The position numbers and the translations under genes were made by a program. The notes under the pieces are model-generated. The model was not told where the DNA came from. It saw only the letters and a program-made list of their open reading frames with translations, and did not search any database. From an uncultured Clostridia bacterium (GTDB lineage Bacteria; Bacillota; Clostridia; TANB77; CAG-508), in assembly GCA_947628395.1 (NCBI GenBank), contig CANQZP010000001.1, positions 119-64,118 on the forward strand: DNA of 64,000 nucleotides, in the 5' to 3' direction. Shown here piece after piece: positions 1-11,520 of the stretch (positions are counted from its first letter, which is position 1; each line of letters opens with the position of its first letter).

Positions 1-21
1 GCGGGCGATTGATAATCGCCC

Positions 22-909
22 CTACTGTTTTTTATTAATAATTTTGTCAATATGATTCCTATCAAAAACATACTTCTTATTGCAAAAATTACACACAGTT
101 TCTATATCCTCACCACTATTTAAAATCTCTTTTAACTCATCTCGTCCTAAAGAAATTAACCCTTTCTCAAACCTCTCCTCACTACAATCACACTCATATT
201 TTGGAACAAAATCATTCTCTAGAATAAATAAATTATTATCGCCAGTCACAACTTCAGCAATATTCTCCAACTCCATATCTTTCTCAAGCATACTACTAAT
301 AGGAGGAACATTCTCAATATTCTTTTCTAAACTACTAATCACATCCTCATCAGCATCAGGTATTAATGTTACAATATACCCTCCAGCAGATTTAACACCA
401 TCTTTATTGACTAAAACCCCCAAAGCTACAACAGTCGGTTGCTGTTCAGACTCAGCAAAATAATGAACAAAATCTTCAGCAATCTCACCAGTGATAATAG
501 GAGTAATACCAATATAAGGCTCCTTAAGTCCCATATCCTTAATAATATTTATAAACCCATCTTTACCAACAGCACCACCTACATCAATCTTACCATCATC
601 CCTTATAGGTAATTCTACATGTGGATTTTGAACATATCCTTTTACTTTAAGTCCATGATTTGCAACACAAACAATACTACCAATTGGTCCATTTCCTTTC
701 ATTTGAATAGTTATACTTTCCTTATCACTCTTAATCCCAGCACCAATAAGCTCAGCCATTGTTAAAACTCTTCCTAATGTTGCAGTAGCAGTTGGACTCA
801 AATCATGAATCTTCCTTGCATCATCAACCAAAGAAGTACTCTTAATTAAAGTAACACTAACCTTTCCCCCATAAGCTAAACATTTAATTAATCTATCTTC
901 ATTTTCCAT
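22..909 (-). CDS. hslO: 33 kDa redox-regulated chaperonin Hsp33 (HslO)
   Basis: 295-aa ORF. Hsp33 domain organisation with a C-terminal CxC...CxxC zinc centre (CDCSEERF...CNFCNKKY). Confidence 0.85.
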   Translation of the reverse strand: MENEDRLIKCLAYGGKVSVTLIKSTSLVDDARKIHDLSPTATATLGRVLTMAELIGAGIKSDKESITIQMKGNGPIGSIVCVANHGLKVKGYVQNPHVELPIRDDGKIDVGGAVGKDGFINIIKDMGLKEPYIGITPIITGEIAEDFVHYFAESEQQPTVVALGVLVNKDGVKSAGGYIVTLIPDADEDVISSLEKNIENVPPISSMLEKDMELENIAEVVTGDNNLFILENDFVPKYECDCSEERFEKGLISLGRDELKEILNSGEDIETVCNFCNKKYVFDRNHIDKIINKKQ

Positions 910-1005
910 ATAAAAACTCCTTAAACAAAATCTTTATAATTTATAACACATTATCTCTCAAAAGTAAATAATAATTTTTTACGTAAGGAATATCAAAATA
1001 TTTTT

Positions 1006-1113
1006 TCCGGGCGATTAAAATCGCCCTTACGGTTTGCATTTGGTTCTGTTTTGGTTTTTGATTGGCGGACGTTGTAGGGGCGGGGCTTGTCTCCGCCCGT
1101 TTGCCCGCCCTAC
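1006..1113. repeat. Composite GC-rich palindromic intergenic repeat, inverted orientation: B hairpin gggcgattaaaatcgccc + tacggtttgcattt + A hairpin gtaggggcggggcttgtctccgccc
   Basis: Shares both hairpin cores and the linker aaatgcaaaccgta (here reverse-complemented) with the copies at 27118-27225 and 27507-27620. A partial B hairpin is also at 1-20. Confidence 0.8.
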
Positions 1114-1150
1114 ATATCGCACTGCACATTCTCCATACATTCCAAAATCG

Positions 1151-1192
1151 AACCCCAAAAAAGAACATGAGGTAAAAAACCTCATGTTCTTA
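1151..1192 (-). terminator. Rho-independent terminator after the 1707-aa surface protein gene
   Basis: On the minus strand: perfect 12-bp stem aagaacatgagg / cctcatgttctt with a 6-nt loop, followed by a T-run. It lies directly 3' of the stop at 1206. Confidence 0.7.
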
Positions 1193-1205
1193 AAATATAT
1201 TAAAT

Positions 1206-4200
1206 TTAATGTCTATCTACGATGAATTTCTTGATTACGAAAATTCCACCTGCAAGAACAATTCCTGCAATCATTATTACAAATGTATAATTATCCTTTT
1301 GTACCTCTTGAGGAGCAATACCAGTAGGATCAGTAAATGTTAATACATCAGTAGCACCTGCATCTCTTTCACCATTTAGATGTTTTACTTCTCCATTAAC
1401 AGATATCTCTTTAGCACCATCATAATCTTCTACTATTCTGCCTTCATCATAACCAGTAGCAGCTATATAAGCACCTCTAGAAGGTTCAGCATTACCAGGA
1501 ACACTATTCATATCCCTTCTACCTACAGTATTAGAATAACTTAATATCTCAGCAATATTATCGAAATTCAAATTATTAGAATCAGTTTCACCAGAAGTAG
1601 TCTTAGAAGTACTTATTCTAATTTCTCCACTAGTTGTACCTAAACCTTCAGCACTCTCAGGTACTAAGCTTGATAATAATGAAGCATTATAATTAATATC
1701 CTCAGAAACTACTATATTAGCTTTACCAGTTCCTTCAAAAGATACACCCTTATCATCAACAATCATACCATCAGTATTATATACAGAATCAGATAATAAC
1801 TCATTATTCTTTAACTCTTCTACAGTAATTGACTTCCAAGCATGATTTTCAGTATTTAAATTCTCTGTCTCATCCATAGCAATATCATTATCAATATAAT
1901 CAATAACTTGTTCTACATTAGTTGTTACTATCTTATCAGAAGAAGCAATTTTATTTGTATAGTAATTATTACCTACATAAGTACCATAAGTAATCTTACC
2001 AGATTTATATTCATCTGTTTCTTCTAATTCTAAAACCTTCGCTAAAATGTCATCAGATTTTGTATAATTTGCAAGTTCACCTGTCCAATCAACTTCAGAA
2101 GTATTTGTAACTTTAATCTTATAACCAACCTTAATTGATAAATTATTCAAATATGATTTTTCAATATTTACATATTTAACACCTTGAACATTGTTGCTTT
2201 CTGGTATATTTAATAATCTATCAGCTTGAGAAGATTTATCTACATCAATACTTCCATCATCATTAAATACAACTTTTAAGATCTCTTCTGAACCATCTAA
2301 TTTATATAAAGTAATTTCAGAAATCATTTTCTTAAGTTCTAATGCTGTCTCAGATCTCTTCTCTAAACCAAAGTCTATATCTTTTACTGTATAAGTATAA
2401 CTTGCTTTTCCATCAACTAATTTCATTTGACCATTTTCAATAAAGTCTTCTGGCTCAATCTCTAAATTCATCTTAGCAGTATTAGCAACCATCTGAGTAT
2501 TAGCAATTAAATCATTATGATTATTACCATTATCAGCACTCTCTAAAACTGTACCAACTTTATTTCCAATTGTTCTAGAGTAAGCTACAACTTTCATTCT
2601 TTGAAGCTCATAATCTCTAGCATCAGAAACTCTAGATTTATTTACATCAGCAGTAGATTTAATATCTTGCCATTCTTGATTTAAATCAGTCATACCTGCT
2701 TGATAAGCAGTATTCTTATAATCTTGACCATTGTATTTAACAACATCTTCTTTGTTACCATATTTAAATCTTACTACATAGTTTCCTGCAAGTACACCCT
2801 TAAAGTTATATACACCGTCATTTCCAGTAACTACATCTAATTTATAATTTGACATATCACTATCAGTTAAACTAAAGTATTTCTTAATATCCTCTTCTGT
2901 CCAAATCTTCTCATATTCAATTCCATCAATATTAATCTTTTCAACTAATTGAACATCTATATTTGGTATTGTAGTCTCACCATTATCAAAGATTCCATTA
3001 CCAACCTTTTGTCCATAATCAATAGTCTCAGTTTCATTATCTTCCCAAACAACACCATTTATTTCTCTCTCAAAATCATTTAAAACTATTCTTGCTGCTG
3101 GTGCTGATTCTGTTTCATCTTCATACCAAGCCTTGTCAGTAACTTTATTTAAATCAATATTATCAGGAGCTGAATCTCTATCTATTCTACCTGCAACTGT
3201 ACCATCAGTATTGTAACTTGAATAACTTGCAATTTCAGCTACATTATTCTTTTCACCTAATAATTCAGATTCCCTAGTACCATTTTTAATACCATTTTGA
3301 TTTACTTCATAAGTTACAAACAATTGTAATTGTTCACCAGATTTTAATTTTATTCCATTAAATGCAGTTATATTTCCTTGTTTATAACTACTATTTTTGC
3401 TTTGTTGTTCAGCCGTGTTCCAACTAAAGTTATCCATACCATTTGAAGTATAATCATATTTTGGAACATCTTCTCTTCCAATAACTCTATAGTAAGATGG
3501 TTCTGCTACAACTTTAGCAGTTCTATTAGTTCCATCAAATATATTAGCAGTTTGATTTTCAGTTATTAATGTAAATGTCTTATCATAGTAATCATTAATG
3601 CTATTTATAACCATATCATAAGTTCCTTCATTGAAAAGAGAAATTTTATAAGTTAAATATAATTTAAGTTCTGTATCACCTTTTATGGCCTTTACTTGAT
3701 CACTAGATGTCTCATATACTTTTGATCTATATTCATAATCAGAACTATATAATCCTACTGTATAATTAGCAGTCTTAGCGTTTTCTAATTGAATATTTAA
3801 GAATTCAGCATATTCATCTGATTCAAAATCAACTAATGAATTATATTTCTTAGTAACTTCTTTTTCATTTACAACTATATTAGCTTTATATAAATCTTTA
3901 GAAATACCTAAATCAGATTCTTGTCTGTATTTAACAGCTAAATTAATATGTAACATATAATTATAAATTGTATAATATTTAGTCTTTGTAACTTTTCCGC
4001 TCTTTTCAACTGTTTGAGTTACTTCATCAGCATCATCCTTTGTAATCTTATGATTTACTGGGAAGTAAAGTCCAGCATTTGCTGTAGAAGCATCTATTTT
4101 ATATTGATCTAAAATATGTCCATTTCCATCAATAGTTACAAGTGAAGATTTTCTCTTACTAGCAACATCATTTGAAACTGTTTCAGAAGTATAATCTAAT

Positions 4201-6305
4201 TTCATATCTCCAGCATATCCTGTAGTATTTCCTTGTTCATCAATAGGATTTCCACCTGTGATAGTTTCAAATTTTTGATTAAATTTAGCTCTAATATCAC
4301 TATTTTCCTTTGCTAAAGAGTCTTTAGAATATTTACTATCTTTATCAGCTCTTGAAGCATTTATATAAGTTGCTACATCACCATTTGCAGTAGGTAGAAC
4401 TGCAGATGATGTATAATTTTGTCCATCATATTTAAATACTACATCATAAATAATTTCATCATCATTCTTTTTCTCTGTACCAGGAACTAACATTTTTGGA
4501 ATTTTATAATTACCATTTTCATCAGTATATATAGGGAATGTTAATTCCTTTTCTCCAGACTCATCATATATCTTAGCTAATTCTCTACTTGTTTCTTTTC
4601 CTGAAGAATCTCTTGATACTTTATATACATAAACTTCAGCATTTTTATATCCTGATTCTCCTTCATCACGTTTACCATCTACTAAACTTCCATTAGCTTT
4701 GTCTTTTTCATTATCAATCCAAACCTCACCTGACATAGGAATTGTAAGTTCTATTTCATCCTCACCATCACCATCATCATCATCGTCGTCATCATCGCCA
4801 CCATCTGGTGTATATGGTGGTGTCTTATCTGTGTCATATGGAGGAGTTGGTGTAGCTGGTGGTATTGGTTCATCTGGTGTATTTGGTTCATCAGGTACTG
4901 GATATCTTAATATACCATTAAATAATGAATATGATGCATCTTCATACCATCTAGCAGCCTCTAATCCTAAAGAAAATGGTTGTGATCTTCTATTATCTAT
5001 TGCTGTACACTCTAAAGTATGAATATATGTTGGGAATAATCCATCAGAAGCCACTTCTGTTTTAGGAGTCCAAGATACAATATTATATGTACCTTTTAAA
5101 TTCTCATAAGTAGCACCAGCATTCATATATTTAAAGTCAACTTTAATATCACTAATTTTAGTTATATCTTCCATATAATCTAAACGAATATAGAATTCTT
5201 CACCATCATGTGGATATTCAGCAAGTGCTCCAGCTTCTTCTCTTACATTTTTATATTCTATATCCCATTTAGAATCATCGATTTCAACTTCTTGAGAAGA
5301 ATTTCCATTTACTTTTGTACCTTTAATAGTCATATTAGAAATTCCTGAAAACATTACTTCTCCTCTATCAGAAGAGTTTGTTACCCATTCTTGATAATTA
5401 ATACTAAAAGGTCCAATTAAATATTGTCTTCTCTCTGAATCATATCTTACTAAAGCATTATTCTTATTTGAAGATACATTAAATTTAATTTCTGGAGCAG
5501 GTACTGTTACTGTTTTACCATTTACAGTTACAGTTTTATTAGTAGTTCCTGATCCATTTCTTACACTATTTAAATAAATTTCAAAAGCTTTTGCTTCACT
5601 AGAAAAACTATTTTGTTTTACAGGAGTACCTTTACTACCTGCAGGTGTACTCCACCAAGCTTGCTGTACATAAGTATATGGGAAATAATCACTACCAACA
5701 GAAGCTGTTTCAATATAGAAATAATCATTTCCTTCTTTAAGTACATAATCTTTTGGTTGACCATTATCATCTATATCTACTCCATATACAGTTTCACCAT
5801 TAATATTCATTTCATAAGAACTATTTATTTCACCTGTATATTTTCTATTAGTTCTATTAAAAACAGTTGCTGTATTTCCATTAGTATTTTCAGTCATCTC
5901 AGATAATATATAAGCTTCCTCTGGAACTGCAGTTACAGGTCCACTACTTGTATATCTACCTAAAGTTTTACTAGTTGTAGCACTATATGGATTTCTTCTA
6001 TATCCAACCTCTCCAGTAGTAAAAGCTATTTCATCTTCTTCTGGAACAGGTATTGCTCTTGAATAGTCACCTGATGTAACTACAGTAGAAGCTTCTCCTG
6101 GAAGAGCTATATCATGTCCAGAACAAAGTAAGTTAAATTGTTTAATTAAATCATTATAAGTTATAACTGGATATCCTGAAGGGTAACCAATACCTTCTGA
6201 CGCCATTTCAGTAGTAACAGTTGCAGTTACATGATATCCAATAACAGCTAGGACGGTAATTAATATAAATATTACAATTTCTAAAAATATTTTCTTGCGA
6301 TTCAT
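1206..6305 (-). CDS. Giant secreted cell-surface protein (A-type) with SdrD-B/Cna-B-like repeats, a Pro-rich/poly-Asp linker, and a C-terminal FTDPTG motif followed by a TM helix and basic tail
   Basis: ~1700-aa ORF. Likely start at ATG 6305 with RBS aaggaggtg, 2 nt after the upstream gene's stop. N-terminal signal/TM. Motifs D.N.NG..D and GNYYV(V/A)F are typical of SdrD B-like domains. C-terminus is TDPTG + hydrophobic stretch + KKFIVDRH. Paralog of the C-terminal third of the 3392-aa protein. Confidence 0.8.
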   Translation of the reverse strand: MNRKKIFLEIVIFILITVLAVIGYHVTATVTTEMASEGIGYPSGYPVITYNDLIKQFNLLCSGHDIALPGEASTVVTSGDYSRAIPVPEEDEIAFTTGEVGYRRNPYSATTSKTLGRYTSSGPVTAVPEEAYILSEMTENTNGNTATVFNRTNRKYTGEINSSYEMNINGETVYGVDIDDNGQPKDYVLKEGNDYFYIETASVGSDYFPYTYVQQAWWSTPAGSKGTPVKQNSFSSEAKAFEIYLNSVRNGSGTTNKTVTVNGKTVTVPAPEIKFNVSSNKNNALVRYDSERRQYLIGPFSINYQEWVTNSSDRGEVMFSGISNMTIKGTKVNGNSSQEVEIDDSKWDIEYKNVREEAGALAEYPHDGEEFYIRLDYMEDITKISDIKVDFKYMNAGATYENLKGTYNIVSWTPKTEVASDGLFPTYIHTLECTAIDNRRSQPFSLGLEAARWYEDASYSLFNGILRYPVPDEPNTPDEPIPPATPTPPYDTDKTPPYTPDGGDDDDDDDDGDGEDEIELTIPMSGEVWIDNEKDKANGSLVDGKRDEGESGYKNAEVYVYKVSRDSSGKETSRELAKIYDESGEKELTFPIYTDENGNYKIPKMLVPGTEKKNDDEIIYDVVFKYDGQNYTSSAVLPTANGDVATYINASRADKDSKYSKDSLAKENSDIRAKFNQKFETITGGNPIDEQGNTTGYAGDMKLDYTSETVSNDVASKRKSSLVTIDGNGHILDQYKIDASTANAGLYFPVNHKITKDDADEVTQTVEKSGKVTKTKYYTIYNYMLHINLAVKYRQESDLGISKDLYKANIVVNEKEVTKKYNSLVDFESDEYAEFLNIQLENAKTANYTVGLYSSDYEYRSKVYETSSDQVKAIKGDTELKLYLTYKISLFNEGTYDMVINSINDYYDKTFTLITENQTANIFDGTNRTAKVVAEPSYYRVIGREDVPKYDYTSNGMDNFSWNTAEQQSKNSSYKQGNITAFNGIKLKSGEQLQLFVTYEVNQNGIKNGTRESELLGEKNNVAEIASYSSYNTDGTVAGRIDRDSAPDNIDLNKVTDKAWYEDETESAPAARIVLNDFEREINGVVWEDNETETIDYGQKVGNGIFDNGETTIPNIDVQLVEKINIDGIEYEKIWTEEDIKKYFSLTDSDMSNYKLDVVTGNDGVYNFKGVLAGNYVVRFKYGNKEDVVKYNGQDYKNTAYQAGMTDLNQEWQDIKSTADVNKSRVSDARDYELQRMKVVAYSRTIGNKVGTVLESADNGNNHNDLIANTQMVANTAKMNLEIEPEDFIENGQMKLVDGKASYTYTVKDIDFGLEKRSETALELKKMISEITLYKLDGSEEILKVVFNDDGSIDVDKSSQADRLLNIPESNNVQGVKYVNIEKSYLNNLSIKVGYKIKVTNTSEVDWTGELANYTKSDDILAKVLELEETDEYKSGKITYGTYVGNNYYTNKIASSDKIVTTNVEQVIDYIDNDIAMDETENLNTENHAWKSITVEELKNNELLSDSVYNTDGMIVDDKGVSFEGTGKANIVVSEDINYNASLLSSLVPESAEGLGTTSGEIRISTSKTTSGETDSNNLNFDNIAEILSYSNTVGRRDMNSVPGNAEPSRGAYIAATGYDEGRIVEDYDGAKEISVNGEVKHLNGERDAGATDVLTFTDPTGIAPQEVQKDNYTFVIMIAGIVLAGGIFVIKKFIVDRH

Positions 6306-6306
6306 A

Positions 6307-9300
6307 TTAATCCACCTCCTTTTTTTCAAAATACCATTTAATCTTAAACCTATTCTTTCTGATTACTATTAATATCGTAATCGCAATTATTGCTATAACT
6401 ACTATAGCAGATATATAAATTAATGTATCACCAGTATTTATAGATAAGATTGCATCTGCCTTTCCAAAATCATCTTCATTTTGAGCTTTATTATTTGGAG
6501 TTGAATCTCTATCTGAAATACCAAGTTTGTTATAAGCTACAGATATTTCAGCTATATTATTTACAATACCAGTATTATTTTCTGTCATTTCCTTAGTTAG
6601 AATCAATGTAACAGTCTTTTCTTGGCCTTTAACTAATGGTGTATTAGCCAATTCTTCATTATAAAGATTTCCATCAGAACCCTCATACCAATTTGGATTT
6701 AGTTCTGTAGTAAATTCCATTCCTTCTGGCATATAATCAACTATTTTCTTAGCATATCCTTCTACATCGCCTTCATTTTTTACAGTCAATTTATATTCAA
6801 CAATAACTTTTGTACTAGATAAATATTTTCCTGGTATATCAATCTTAGCTAAAGTTTGATTATCAAAATCATAAGCTTTAGTTCCATTATCATTTTGAAC
6901 AGTTATTTTTGAAATAGTCTTATTCATTGATAAATCAAATATACTAGCAGCAATTAAACCAATATTTACATTTGAAACACTACCATTAGAAATTGTTATT
7001 GTATCAGTAACACCAACATTTCTAGCAGTACCATTTTCTTCTATTTGTGAACTAATAACATCTGAATTTAGATTTTCAGTTACATTTTCTTTCTTATAAT
7101 CTGCTAATCCATATCTACTAGAGTTATAATAAAATACTACATAATAATTTCCATTTGGTAAATTACTAAATACATATTCTCCTGAACTTGATGTTGAAAC
7201 TGTTTTTACTTTCTTTCCAGTAGAAGCATTATATACACTAGCCTCTATTCCTTCTAATCCAACATCGCCTTCATCTTTTTGTCCATTTTGATTTGAGTCA
7301 AGCCAAGCTGTACCAGTTATTTTATATTTTGATTCATCATTAACACTAATATTTTGAATCTCAGTGGTATTGTTACTATTATTAGTTTGTCCATTTATAA
7401 AATCATTATCTTGAACTGTTTCTGAATTAACTGCTGATTTTTCAATTATATTAGTTACTTTATTTGTATTAACAGTATCTGAATTTGAACTCTCTACTTT
7501 AGCAACATTAGAAACCGTTCTTTCTTTTTGAGCTATATTATTCGCAGTAGCAGCTACATTAACTGTAAGTTCACTATTAGGAGCTATACTTGTATAAACT
7601 ATAGTATCTTCATTTCTAGAAATTGGTCTTGAAACATCAACTCCGTCTATCTTATAACTTAAACTCTTTACATTTAACTCTTCTGGTAAAAGATCTGTTA
7701 CTTCAACTTGGTTTGCTTGTACAATACCTTCATTCTTAACAGTAATACTATAATCTACAACTTCACCTTCTTTTAAATATTCACCATCTTGAAGAGAAGA
7801 TTGTTTAACTACTAATTTAGGTCTAGCTAAAGTTTCAGATACATCACCTGTATAATAATTCTCTGAATTAACAGTTACTTTTGAGTTTGTAGATATTTTA
7901 TCTTCATATGTATTTCCAGATAAATTACCAGCTACAGCTATTAAAACAACATATTTTGTAGAACCACTCTTAATATTATCAATTGTCCAAGTAACCTTTC
8001 TATTATCCATATCATAATTACATCCATTTGTATTTTTTACTAGATTTAAGTCTTTGTCAAAATCTTGAACATAATTTTCACTATATTTTAATAAACTTGG
8101 TAAGTCTTTTTCTACTTTTACATTTTGTAAATCAGAATCTGATGTATTCTTTACAGCGATTTTATATACAATCTCATCATTTTCCTGAATAATTTCAGAA
8201 ATTGTTTCAGTATATTCATCAGTTACAACTGTAGCATTTTCTATTGGATTTACAATTTCTTCTGATTCTAATGTCTTAGCTAAATCTTTAGCAGTTACAT
8301 CAGTTTTCCATACAAGCTCATTATTATCTTCAGATAATTTATTTACTTCTACGAAAAATTCTGCTGTCTTTGTCTCACCTGGTTTAATTTCATCTACTTC
8401 TATTTTATTTTCTTTTCCGTCTTTATACTTCCATCCTTTTTCTTCATAAATAGAACCTTGTTTTTGATATTCTACAAAACTTGTACCATTAGGAAGCTCA
8501 GTCTTTGCTACAACATCTTTTGCAGTTTCTTCACCAGTATTTTTAATACTTACTGAATATTTAATTTTTTCATACTCTTTTACAGATTCACCATTTCCTA
8601 CATTTACTTTAGTCTCTATAGATAAGTTAGGACCTTTTCCTGTAGTAAGACCTACTAAATCTGGAGTAGCAACTTCCATATTTTCAGCAACCTCAGTTAC
8701 ATTATTAAATATAGCTGCAAAAGAACCATAAATATTATTATTATGTTCTAGATTTCCTGGAATCTTATATTCATAAGAAAATCTTAAAACATCAGAAGGA
8801 GCCATCTCATAATTATTAGTAACTATTAAATATGATTTTACCTTAGAAAAATCAGTTACATCAGTAGTCCATCCATTTTCGCTATTTTCTAAGTCATCTG
8901 TTGCCATTCCATTTTCTGAATAATAAATAGTAACATTTGCTTTATTTTCAGGGTTTGGAACAAGTTGTGAAACTAAAGTTGTATCAACTGTAGTTCCTAA
9001 ATCCTCACCTGTTTTTATATCTTTATTTCCTTTAAAAGGAATTCTTCCAAGTATCTTTACATCTCTGCAGATATTTTGATTATTATTCATAACTAAGATA
9101 TCCATAGTAGCTACTTTTTCTTCATCAAATATTTCAATCTTATCAGTAACTTTTCCTTGTTCTACTGAAGTTATCTTAGAATTATTATCATTATAGTTAG
9201 ATGTTGAGTTTACTGTTATAACACCAGTTGGAGCTGTATAAGCAATCTTAGTATCAGACGAACCTACATCTCCATTTTTATTAGTATAATCAGTAACATC

Positions 9301-11298
9301 TTCGTTTGTATAATTCATAATAATTGTATCTTCTTTAGAAGGAGTAAGTAAATCTAAAGTCATATCAGTATTAATAATAATATTAGTACCATCAGTTAAA
9401 TTATTTAAAGGATATTTACTTTGAGTTCCATCTAAATCTACTCTTATTACTACTCTTCCATTTTCAGCAGTTGCACCGACACCAGCTATTTTAAAATCAT
9501 TTTCCGCATTTGCGATAGCAACATTTTTCAAAGTTACAAGTTCAATATTTTCTGGAAGAATAACTTCAAATTTAGGATTTTTATAAAAATCAGTTCCAAG
9601 TTTATCATTATTTAAACTAATCTTAAGCTCTACATTTTCATTATTTACTATAGTTCCTAAAGAATTTCTATTTATAGAAAGATTAGCATTAGTAGCAGTA
9701 TTTTCTAGTTTGATAGAAGCTTTATTTTGAGAAACAGTATTTTGTGTATCTCCTGCTAAATAAACATCTCCTTTTGCTTCATATTGAATTTCATTCCAAG
9801 ACTTAATTTCAGGAATAGAAAATTCAGTATCTTTTATTTCTTTTTCTACTTTAATATTTAAATTACCCTCTGCAATAGGAGCTGTAGTATTTATTGTAGC
9901 ACTAGCTAAATCTTTAGTTATAGAAATTATATAATTGTTCTCTGAATCAGTTTCAGAATCTTTTGAAATACTTGCAACCTCTTCACCTCTACTTATAATA
10001 GAGATTTTACCATCAGTTCCTAAAATATTTTCAAATTCTTCTTTTGAAACTTTCACCATTTTATATTTTGAACTATTTATTGTAGAATAAGAAGTATTTT
10101 CATCTACACTAAATTTTTCATCTATATCAGTAATAGAAATTTTTTCTATTAAATCTTTTGAAGATATGTTTATTCTATGATTTATAACATAGTTAGTAGT
10201 ATATTGTTTTTCTTCATTATATTTATCAGCTATAACATTACCTTTACTTAAAACATCTTCTGAAAATTCTGAATTTACACTAACGATTTCCCCAACTTTT
10301 TCAGAAACTGTGTATAACTCATCTTTTTCAGCACTCATTTCTTCATTACTTCCAAACATCTTAATCATAGCTGTAATTTTACTATTTAATGTAATTGGTA
10401 AACTTTCTTCTTCATTACCTTTAAATACATAAGTAATTAAGAATTCTTCTTTTTCAAACTCTTCAGCCTTTTTATTATCAACATTAATTGAAATCATGTT
10501 TTCTTTTTCATCATAATTCCAATCATCATCTGAAAATTCACCTTCATTAGTTCTAATTACTGTTATTTTATCAATACTCATTCCATCTAAAGTTAGAGCA
10601 CCAATTTTTATTTCTTCATTTCCTACTAATTCACTATTTGTAGGAATGTTTAATTTAACAGCAGTTTGAACTATAACACCTGAGTTATTCTCTGAATTAT
10701 ATGGGATATATTTTGTAAGTTCAGATGAAATATTTAATTCAGAATTTATATTCCAAGTAAGTCTTAACTTAACTTCTTCTGAGATTTTATTTTCATCACC
10801 ATTATTATCTACATATATACCAGATAATTTAGCAGATATTATTTTGCTTAAGTTATCAATAGAATTTGAATCTTTATATGTAATTGGGATAATAACATCT
10901 AAATCATCTTCACTATTTATCTGATTTAATACCACAGTATTATTATTCATTTTTTGAACTAAATCAGATTCTTTAATTTCTCCCATTTCAAAATTAAGTC
11001 CATTTTCTGATTCTATCGAAATACTAGCATTTTTCAAATATCCTACATCTTTTACATCTACCTTTAATCTAATACCTAGATTATCATCATCCATCCTAGT
11101 AGAATATTCATAACCTTTGTCTTCATTTTCTTCGACAAAAGTAACATCATATTCGACATTTTTATGACTGTTTTTTGAATCTAGTTTTCCTAAAGAACTT
11201 GCCGCGTATTCAACTATTGTAAACATATTTGCAAACAGCATTGTAAGGACAAGAACCAAAGCAGTCAAAACTTTTACCTTTCTACTATTTTTAAACAT
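6307..11298 (-). CDS. Giant secreted cell-surface protein (B-type) with a C-terminal SdrD-B-like domain and an SINTG motif followed by a TM helix and basic tail
   Basis: 1663-aa ORF with RBS aggagga upstream and an N-terminal signal peptide. C-terminus YKITGTAWLDSNQNGQKDEGD...GNYYVVFYYN, then ...ILSINTGD + hydrophobic stretch + RKNRFK. Paralog of the 1651-aa protein. Confidence 0.8.
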   Translation of the reverse strand: MFKNSRKVKVLTALVLVLTMLFANMFTIVEYAASSLGKLDSKNSHKNVEYDVTFVEENEDKGYEYSTRMDDDNLGIRLKVDVKDVGYLKNASISIESENGLNFEMGEIKESDLVQKMNNNTVVLNQINSEDDLDVIIPITYKDSNSIDNLSKIISAKLSGIYVDNNGDENKISEEVKLRLTWNINSELNISSELTKYIPYNSENNSGVIVQTAVKLNIPTNSELVGNEEIKIGALTLDGMSIDKITVIRTNEGEFSDDDWNYDEKENMISINVDNKKAEEFEKEEFLITYVFKGNEEESLPITLNSKITAMIKMFGSNEEMSAEKDELYTVSEKVGEIVSVNSEFSEDVLSKGNVIADKYNEEKQYTTNYVINHRINISSKDLIEKISITDIDEKFSVDENTSYSTINSSKYKMVKVSKEEFENILGTDGKISIISRGEEVASISKDSETDSENNYIISITKDLASATINTTAPIAEGNLNIKVEKEIKDTEFSIPEIKSWNEIQYEAKGDVYLAGDTQNTVSQNKASIKLENTATNANLSINRNSLGTIVNNENVELKISLNNDKLGTDFYKNPKFEVILPENIELVTLKNVAIANAENDFKIAGVGATAENGRVVIRVDLDGTQSKYPLNNLTDGTNIIINTDMTLDLLTPSKEDTIIMNYTNEDVTDYTNKNGDVGSSDTKIAYTAPTGVITVNSTSNYNDNNSKITSVEQGKVTDKIEIFDEEKVATMDILVMNNNQNICRDVKILGRIPFKGNKDIKTGEDLGTTVDTTLVSQLVPNPENKANVTIYYSENGMATDDLENSENGWTTDVTDFSKVKSYLIVTNNYEMAPSDVLRFSYEYKIPGNLEHNNNIYGSFAAIFNNVTEVAENMEVATPDLVGLTTGKGPNLSIETKVNVGNGESVKEYEKIKYSVSIKNTGEETAKDVVAKTELPNGTSFVEYQKQGSIYEEKGWKYKDGKENKIEVDEIKPGETKTAEFFVEVNKLSEDNNELVWKTDVTAKDLAKTLESEEIVNPIENATVVTDEYTETISEIIQENDEIVYKIAVKNTSDSDLQNVKVEKDLPSLLKYSENYVQDFDKDLNLVKNTNGCNYDMDNRKVTWTIDNIKSGSTKYVVLIAVAGNLSGNTYEDKISTNSKVTVNSENYYTGDVSETLARPKLVVKQSSLQDGEYLKEGEVVDYSITVKNEGIVQANQVEVTDLLPEELNVKSLSYKIDGVDVSRPISRNEDTIVYTSIAPNSELTVNVAATANNIAQKERTVSNVAKVESSNSDTVNTNKVTNIIEKSAVNSETVQDNDFINGQTNNSNNTTEIQNISVNDESKYKITGTAWLDSNQNGQKDEGDVGLEGIEASVYNASTGKKVKTVSTSSSGEYVFSNLPNGNYYVVFYYNSSRYGLADYKKENVTENLNSDVISSQIEENGTARNVGVTDTITISNGSVSNVNIGLIAASIFDLSMNKTISKITVQNDNGTKAYDFDNQTLAKIDIPGKYLSSTKVIVEYKLTVKNEGDVEGYAKKIVDYMPEGMEFTTELNPNWYEGSDGNLYNEELANTPLVKGQEKTVTLILTKEMTENNTGIVNNIAEISVAYNKLGISDRDSTPNNKAQNEDDFGKADAILSINTGDTLIYISAIVVIAIIAITILIVIRKNRFKIKWYFEKKEVD

Positions 11299-11520
11299 AT
11301 CAACATCCTCCTATGTTTTTTCTACATCAAATTTATATGTATTTTTGAGTTAGTAATTTACAATTTTCATAACGTAAAATTCGCCTTTTTACCCAATCAT
11401 ACAATATTATTATACACCTTTATTTGGAAATTTTCAATGGTTTATTGCAAATATATTACATTTTTTTTACTTTTTTATTAATTTTCTATAAAATTTTAAT
11501 AAAAAAATAAAAAACAAATC

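Noticed and set aside
4699-5022. 107-aa plus-strand ORF rich in Ser/Pro/Gly
   Set aside because: It is the antisense reading of the Pro-rich/poly-Asp linker of the 1707-aa gene, a low-complexity mirror and not a gene. The same applies to the other small plus-strand ORFs inside the giant genes (80-463, 5613-5906, 13024-13239, 17233-17418, 21939-22316, 24353-24538, 26498-26722).
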